A DNA stretch of 62,986 bases, counting the filler, from Octopus bimaculoides (taxonomy: Eukaryota): NCBI RefSeq assembly GCF_001194135.2. It is 6 parts of 6 records of this genome, joined end to end, with 100 filler letters (N's around TTAATTAATTAA, not from the genome) between each part and the next. Parts side by side here need not be neighbours in the genome. Positions count along the whole stretch, not along the records: positions 39,062 to 56,062 come from NC_068986.1; positions 56,163 to 62,986 come from NC_068987.1; 4 more parts are not named here. One strand, 5' to 3'. The position numbers and the translations under genes are program-made. Positions 53,048 to 62,986 of this stretch are shown here, piece after piece; the first letter of the stretch is position 1; every line of letters begins with the position of its first letter. Under the pieces are notes generated by a model. It was not told the origin of the DNA, made no database searches, and saw only the letters and a list, made by a program, of their open reading frames with translations.

Positions 53048-53980
53048 GTATATGTATATATATTATAAGCGCAGGAGTGGCTGTGTGGCAAGTAGCTTGC
53101 CTACCAGCCACATGGTCCGTGCTCTGTCCAACTACGTGGCACCTTGGGCAAGTGTCTTCTACTATAGACTCAGGCTGACCAAAGCCTTGTCAGAGGATTT
53201 GGTAGACGTAAACTGTGTGCATGTGTATGTGTGTGTGTGTATGTGTGTGTGTGTATGCGTGTGTGTGTGTTTGTTCCCCCAACATCGCTTGACAACCGAT
53301 GCTGGTGTGTTTACGTCCACGCAATCTAGCAGTTCGGCAAAAGATTCCGATAGAATAAGTACTAGGCGTACAAGGAATAAGTCTTGGGGGTTCGATTTTC
53401 TCGACTAAGGGTAGAGCTCCAGCATGGCCGCAGTCAAATGACTGAAACAAGTGAAAGAATATATATATNNNNNNNNNNNNNNNNNNNNNNNNNNNNNNNN
53501 NNNNNNNNNNNNNNNNNNNNNNNNNNNNNNNNNNNNNNNNNNNNNNNNNNNNNNNNNNNNNNNNNNNNNNNNNNNNNNNNNNNNNNNNNNNNNNNNNNNN
53601 NNNNNNNNNNNNNNNNNNNNNNNNNNNNNNNNNNNNNNNNNNNNNNNNNNNNNNNNNNNNNNNNNNNNNNNNNNNNNNNNNNNNNNNNNNNNNNNNNNNN
53701 NNNNNNNNNNNNNNNNNNNNNNNNNATATGTTCATACATGAGTATGTACTTATGTTAGATAGACGAGTTTGTAATAAGTTCCTCAGAAAAACATTCAGTT
53801 ATACAATGGCAATTTGTAAAATGACGATGAAATATGACTGCTTTTAATAAACTTTCTTGACCAATATGTCGCAGTTATAACAATCATCAAAGAACTGTTT
53901 GTTGTAAACTAAAGAATAATACAAATATGAAAAGATACAAAATGTTCCACAAGTATCATCTCAAAAACGTGTGCATATAT
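52668..53980 (+). repeat. Local direct duplication of about 260 bp (52668-52930 and 53731-53980)
   Basis: Shared TTCATACATGAGTATGTACTTATG, CTCAGAAAAACATTCAGTTATACAATGGCAATT, CTAAAGAATAATACAAA and AGATACAAAATG; diverged elsewhere. Confidence 0.85.
53068..53460 (+). mobile_element. Full-length SINE family A with internal (TG)n; other copies or parts near 23244, 23960, 24597, 25320, 32720, 35700, 47995, 58470-58875 (minus), 62440, 62680
   Basis: Head GCGCAGGAGTGGCTGTGTGG.AAGTAGCTTGC, body GGCACCTTGGGCAAGTGTCTTCTACTATAG, tail CCAGCATGGCCGCAGTCAAATGACTGAAACAAG; dispersed in both orientations. Confidence 0.88.
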
Positions 53981-53999
53981 ATGTGTGTCAGTTTGTGTG

Positions 54000-54034
<35 letters not shown>

Positions 54035-55709
54035 GTGTTTGTGTGTGTGTCTGTGTGTTTGTCTCTGTGTGTGCCTGTATGTGTGTGTATACATATGTAA
54101 GTATGTGTGTTAATATACATGTGTAGATGTTTATTTATGTATAAACATAAACGTATATATACTTTGTATATATACGCTTAGGCAAAAAATGGGATGCATA
54201 AACAAGACAACTATATCATGTGTATGTGTTTGGTGTGTGCGTGCGCGCGTACGAAGAGACATAGGGACACAGAGGGTACGAGAAATAAAAAGGAAAATCA
54301 GAATATATAAACTGAAAAAAGAATCACGACTATAATTAACTCTCCCCGTTGATACAAGGAGGAAGATATGGCCTAGTCATTACCAATACACTCAAACATA
54401 CATATGCTTATACAAGAATGTATGTATGAAAATTTATAGGTGTGGATGCAAGTTCTTCTAAGTCTTAACAATATCATTGGTGTTGTAGTGATCGTATAGT
54501 GGTATTTACAGTTCATCTCCATCCGAGTTAATCGAATAATAATGCATATTATTTATGGTATGACATATAATCATAGCCGATTTGACAATGTAATTTCTTA
54601 GTAAATATCTATCCCACTGCTAGAATGCAAGAGATAAAATAAATAGGAACGTTACTCTTGCCTTCCTTCACCTCGCCCACATTATATATTTAATGTTATA
54701 TATAGGTGTATATGTGAGCGTGTATATCTATGGGAAAGATAACTTCCCTTGGCAAATACAGACAGGGCACAGATGTGTGTCGATAGCCAGCTGGAGGAGA
54801 TGCCCTCCTGGGGCTAAAAGCAACAGTAACATCCACCCCTCGGGGTCAGCCACATTTAAGTGGCAAATATACTTTACTTTATCGTGCAGTTACTGTTAAT
54901 ACCTCGTTCAGAGATTTAACATATATANNNNNNNNNNNNNNNNNNNNNNNNNNNNNNNNNNNNNNNNNNNNNNNNNNNNNNNNNNNNNNNNNNNNNNNNN
55001 NNNNNNNNNNNNNNNNNNNNNNNNNNNNNNNNNNNNNNNNNNNNNNNNNNNNNNNNNNNNNNNNNNNNNNNNNNNNNNNNNNNNNNNNNNNNNNNNNNNN
55101 NNNNNNNNNNNNNNNNNNNNNNNNNNNNNNNNNNNNNNNNNNNNNNNNNNNNNNNNNNNNNNNNNNNNNNNNNNNNNNNNNNNNNNNNNNNNNNNNNNNN
55201 NNNNNNNNNNNNNNNNNNNNNNNNNNNNNNNNNNNNNNNNNNNNNNNNNNNNNNNNNNNNNNNNNNNNNNNNNNNNNNNNNNNNNNNNNNNNNNNNNNNN
55301 NNNNNNNNNNNNNNNNNNNNNNNNNNNNNNNNNNNNNNNNNNNNNNNNNNNNNNNNNNNNNNNNNNNNNNNNNNNNNNNNNNNNNNNNNNNNNNNNNNNN
55401 NNNNNNNNNNNNNNNNNNNNNNNNNNNNNNNNNNNNNNNNNNNNNNNNNNNNNNNNNNNNNNNNNNNNNNNNNNNNNNNNNNNNNNNNNNNNNNNNNNNN
55501 NNNNNNNNNNNNNNNNNNNNNNNNNNNNNNNNNNNNNNNNNNNNNNNNNNNNNNNNNNNNNNNNNNNNNNNNNNNNNNNNNNNNNNNNNNNNNNNNNNNN
55601 NNNNNNNNNNNNNNNNNNNNNNNNNNNNNNNNNNNNNNNNNNNNNNATATAAACAAATAGTAAATGAGTATATGCATATATACGTACAGGTATGTGCATA
55701 CCGACATTA

Positions 55710-55762
<53 letters not shown>

Positions 55763-55771
55763 ATGTGTGTA

Positions 55772-55806
<35 letters not shown>

Positions 55807-56381
55807 GTATATATGCGTACATATGTACATGTGTATGAGGTGCATGTATGAGTGTGTGTGTATGTGTGTGTGTGTGTGTGTGAGACCGAAAATGATAAAG
55901 CCTGACAGAATAGCATCTATATCTACTTTGTTCTTTGAGATATATTGGTCTGCCAGGGACATCAGTTTATTACCGGGCAAATATGTATTTCATCTCTCTG
56001 AATAAGCAAACCTACTTGGCCTTCAAACAAGAACTGCTAAGGAATATATATATATATATATANNNNNNNNNNNNNNNNNNNNNNNNNNNNNNNNNNNNNN
56101 NNNNNNTTAATTAATTAANNNNNNNNNNNNNNNNNNNNNNNNNNNNNNNNNNNNNNNNNNNNGGAGAAAGAGAGATTTAGTGATACAATCAAGAGAAAGA
56201 AAACTCAAAACGCAAAAGTAGAGCATATAAATTTATTATTTAGTTTTATAGTTAAATTTTATTTAGCTTTCCAGTCAAATAATAAAAGAAAGTAGAGACA
56301 GAATTACATTAACGTGTTTAACTATTTTAATAGTTTCTCTTTACCTACATAGGTTTATTAACAGATATTCCAAGAGACCTC

Positions 56382-56412
<31 letters not shown>

Positions 56413-56755
56413 GTGTGTGTGTATGTTCCTGCGTGCGGATGTGCGTATGCGCCTGAATCTGTATGCGGTAAAACAGAGAACTTGGATGTTCAACTAAACA
56501 ATTTGTTACTACAGTCTTACTTATTGAAGTTTAAATATATTTTATATCCTTCGAGTCAGACGTAATGTAGTTTCGAAATCACTTTCAAATGATTTCAAAA
56601 CGTTCAACAAGAACTTCATATGCAAAGTCATCTTCAGCGACAAAGAGCAAAAATGCCCAGTGATGAGAAGTAAGTGAAGTGTTTCGACAGGATCTCTGTA
56701 GCTACTATGTGTATTCACATTTCTGCTGTATGATGTACTTCTTGTACACGAACAT

Positions 56756-57625
56756 AGGCGCAGGAGTGGCTGAGTGGTAAGTAGAAACATTTTTGGATTG
56801 TCTATTGACCTATCAAAGATACGACTCGACCGTAATAGACAATCGATGTTGGCAGGTGAGTGCGGAGGGCATTAGTGAAAACAAAAAATTGATAGTCGTA
56901 AAAGTTTGTGACAAGGAGGATTTCGCCTCCATTGATCCGAGCCAGCCAACGCGGGCTTTCCTACAGGAGGCGTAATACTTGCTTGGTGGCCCGGATGAAG
57001 TAGATTAAATTGAACTTGTAATTCTTTTTTGGTCTATAATTGATTGTATGATTAATTGTATTTATTATTGAACTTATCGAACAATATTTTCGAGTGGTCA
57101 TCGGTCGGCGGGCACCGGTGCCCCTCCCATTTTTATTTCATACTTTTTGTTATCACCTTCATCTCATTAATGTCTGTGTCCAGCCCGCAGCTACTTTATG
57201 TCTGTCTGTCCTTGTTTGTCCTCTCTTTGTAAGGCCTAAATGGCCAATCGAAATGAAATAAAGTAGCTTGCTTACCAACCACATGGTTCTGGGTTCAGTC
57301 TCACTATGTGGTACCTTGGGAAGGTGTCTTCTACTTATAGCCTCGGTCCGAGCAAAGCCTTGTGAGTGGATTTGGTAGACGGGAACTGAAAGGAGCCTGT
57401 TGTATATAATATGTGTGTACGTTTGTGTAACTGTGTTTTCCCCCCCACCATTTCTTGACAACCGATGTTGGTGTGTTTATGTTCCCGTAACATAGTGGTT
57501 CGGCAAAATAGACCGATAAAATAAGTACTGGACTTACAAAGAGTCCTAGGGTCGATTTGTTCGACTAAAGGCGGTGCTGCAGCATGGCCACAATCAAATG
57601 ACTGAAACGGATAAAAGAGTAAAAA
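56756..57625 (+). mobile_element. SINE family A split by a 476-bp insertion (56785-57260), probably a non-LTR element 3' end
   Basis: The head AGGCGCAGGAGTGGCTGAGTGGTAAGTAG stops at 56784 and the body resumes AAGTAGCTTGCTTACCAACC at 57261; AAGTAG is duplicated. The insert ends TGTCTGTCCTTGTTTGTCC...GAAATGAAATA. Confidence 0.8.
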
Positions 57626-58929
57626 CTGCTGAGGTAGCAATTACGACTAGACAAATAAAATGCTAGGGTTCGAAACAGACGGAAGTCTATTACTGGAAAC
57701 AACAAAAACTGAAAAACAAAAATAAATGAGGCAAACTGCTGATGGAATACATTTATAAATACATTTATAAATACATTTTGTACCTACCTACCTCTGTACG
57801 CGCGCGCACACACACACATACATGTACATACATAAGCCCACATACACATACATATGTGTATACAAATAAATCCCCGGTTTTCCTGTCAATGTGAACACAG
57901 TCCTTGGGAAAATAAAGCGTTCATAGAAAAAACGCAGCGTCTGAACACGTGTTAATGAAACCATAAGTTTAATTAATTGCATTCCAATACTATACACACA
58001 CATGAACACACAAAGACATATACGGATACATCGATATTTGCGTGTATATTTGTGTATGCATGTATGTATTTGTGTGTGTCCGTCACTATGTTCAACGGCG
58101 TAAGCCGTTATCAAATTGCGTTAATAGTTATCAAATCCACAACCAAGATATATAATGAATATAATCAATATGATACATACTAGACTGAAATAAATTGTGA
58201 ACACAATATTCTAGACTGTAACCTCCAGAGATGGTGCCCCTTAATTACTGGATTTGACTTACTCTGCATATTTTCATGTGGGCGCAATGCTTCAGTTTTA
58301 TGAAATACAGTAAGAGGAATTCCTGTTCGTATTGCAGGCAGGACTTGTGTATTTGCCTTGCTTGCTAGCTGTAGCGACCGATTCTCGCTCATATCATGCT
58401 CTACTGTTTTACAGAAGGAAAATTGCACGTCAGATAATGCAGTCTTGCATACTGTAGTCTTATTCAGTATCTTATATTTTACCAGCTTCAGCCATTCTGA
58501 GACACTGCCTTGAAATTTTAGACGAATAAATCTATCCCAGTACTTATTTTATAAGCCCGGTACTTATTCTATCGGTTTCTTTTGCCGAACCGCTAAGTTA
58601 CAGGATGCAAATAACCAACACCAGTTGTCAAGCGGTGGTGTGGGAACAAACGCAGACAGAAAGACACACACACACTTAGAAATGCATACATATATGCATA
58701 CATAAATATGTATATACAATGGGCTTCTTTCAGTTTCCGTCTACCAAATCCAATCACAATGTTTTGGTCGGGCCGAGGCTATAGTAGAAAACACTTGCCC
58801 GAGGTGCCGCGCAATGGAACTGAACGCGGAATTGTCTGGTTGCGAAGCAAGCTTCTTACGACACAGCCACGCCTGATGTTTTGAAAGTCTGAATAAATGT
58901 GTGTACTGGAAGGCGAAGAAGAATTCAGA

Positions 58930-61343
<2,414 letters not shown>

Positions 61344-61611
61344 ACAATATAATCAAGAATGGAACTTTAGAATGCAGTTTCTGAACATTATTGTTTTAAG
61401 GTAAACTAACAATAAAAATAATAATAAAAAAAGCACATAAAAAAGGTATTTTTCTTCTTTACAAAGTAATGGCGAACAGTTAGCAGAATTAAATACCGTC
61501 TGCTTAATTAGACAACTCCATTTGTAATAAAGCCATTTACAATACAAATCACTAAATGAAAGAATGTCAGAAAGTATAAACAAAAATATTTTTTCAAAGC
61601 CATTCAAAACA

Positions 61612-61669
<58 letters not shown>

Positions 61670-62986
61670 TTTACAAACAAGTCCTACTTCAAATTTTCTG
61701 CCCAAATTCCAAATTAAAATTTAGAAATATCATCTTTGAATTAAAGATATACAAATCTAGATGCATCAAGTTTTTCACCTAGATTGGCAAAATTTATTCC
61801 TCTTTTCTAGTTGATACCAATAAATATAGTACAGTTTGGGAACGCTTTGCCAGGTGCATTTCTTTCTTACGTTTCATAATCATCGAATATAACATAATTA
61901 TCTAATATCCAGATTGAAAGGGAAATAGATATTTCTGCTAAAATAGCTGCAAATAACCTGGTTGCATGCACCGTGGTAGCACATACGACTCTTTTTACTA
62001 AGAATTGTGATTTCCGATAATGGAATGATGCAACTGAAAATGGAAATGCAATGAAAATATCTGCTGAACTCTACTGGCTCTCAAGTGCCGGATCTTTGTC
62101 TTAATTCATCGTGAGGAGATGCTGAAAGATGAATTTTCTACTAGATATTAATTATTGCTCCATCAGAGGCAACATGGCCAGGCGACTTGTATTATATTTC
62201 TAACATTTAAGTGAACTGTGATCATAGAGAGGAATAAAGTATTCAGCAGAGAAATAAGAATGACAAAAAACAGAAAAACAAAAAAAAAGTAAGGACACAT
62301 AACCAACATGTCATGTGTTAGAATAAAACTGCTAGCAAACATGTACAGTAATAAAATAAGAGATCTGCTGAGTTTTGTCCATATTTCCGGTTACATTTCT
62401 TCGGTATGTTGCGGATGAAGGGTGAAGCGGGTCAAGATAAATTGCCAAGTAGCAATGAAATCAGTCGGTTCGATCCCCAACCTAAGCGGTTGCAAAGTCA
62501 CCCATGCAGTTGCAATTCATAGCAAGTTTGCTATTACTGATATCTCTCCATTTATTTCGTATGTTCGACTATGTATCTATACTCGGGCCTACTAAAATCT
62601 TGTGAGTGAATTTGACAAACGGAAACTGAAAGAAGCCCGTTGTATGTTTTATCGTTTTTACTTCTTTCAGTTATTATACGGCAGCCATAGCGTGCCACTA
62701 CCTTCAAGAACTTTCGGTCACGTGAATCAACCGCAATACATATCTTTTCAAAGGCGGTAATTATTATAACGGTGTCTTTTGCCGAAACACCAAGTTACGG
62801 AGACATATACAAACCAACAACGATTTTCAAGTGGTGGTGGTGGTGGAGACTGACATGCAAATCTATTTATATCTATAATACGATGGGTTTCTTTCCCTTT
62901 CCGTCTACCAAATCCACTCACAATGTTTTGGTGGGCCCGAGGCTATTACAGAAGACACGTAGTGGAACTGAACCATTTATATATAT

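Noticed and set aside
56555-56640. Minus-strand CTGAAGA...GAAAC...GTC
   Set aside because: Stem II and stem III do not form convincingly.

Overview
AT-rich, microsatellite-saturated animal genomic DNA. The SINE/LINE repertoire suggests an octopus (Octopus sp.); this is inferred from repeat recognition, not from a search. I found no host protein-coding gene I can identify with confidence, and no rRNA, intact tRNA or CRISPR array. The window is a transposable-element graveyard: a near-full-length but 3'-deleted R4/Dong LINE, RTE and Tx1 LINE fragments, three Tc1/mariner remnants, a decayed Helitron helicase, MITEs and many tRNA-derived SINEs. Five 100-bp artificial joins (N44-TTAATTAATTAA-N44) split it into six segments whose adjacency is uncertain. 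Highlights: (1) a U6 snRNA/Tx1-LINE chimera, with 87 nt identical to the conserved U6 body fused at its terminal U-tract to a sense-strand Tx1 RT fragment; (2) several small type I hammerhead ribozyme motifs of the Penelope-associated, palindromic-stem-III kind, including one with a compensatory G3-C8 core swap; (3) two independent retro-insertions at nearly the same nucleotide of a SINE head, which also share a 3' tail, suggesting a LINE/SINE pair with a target preference.
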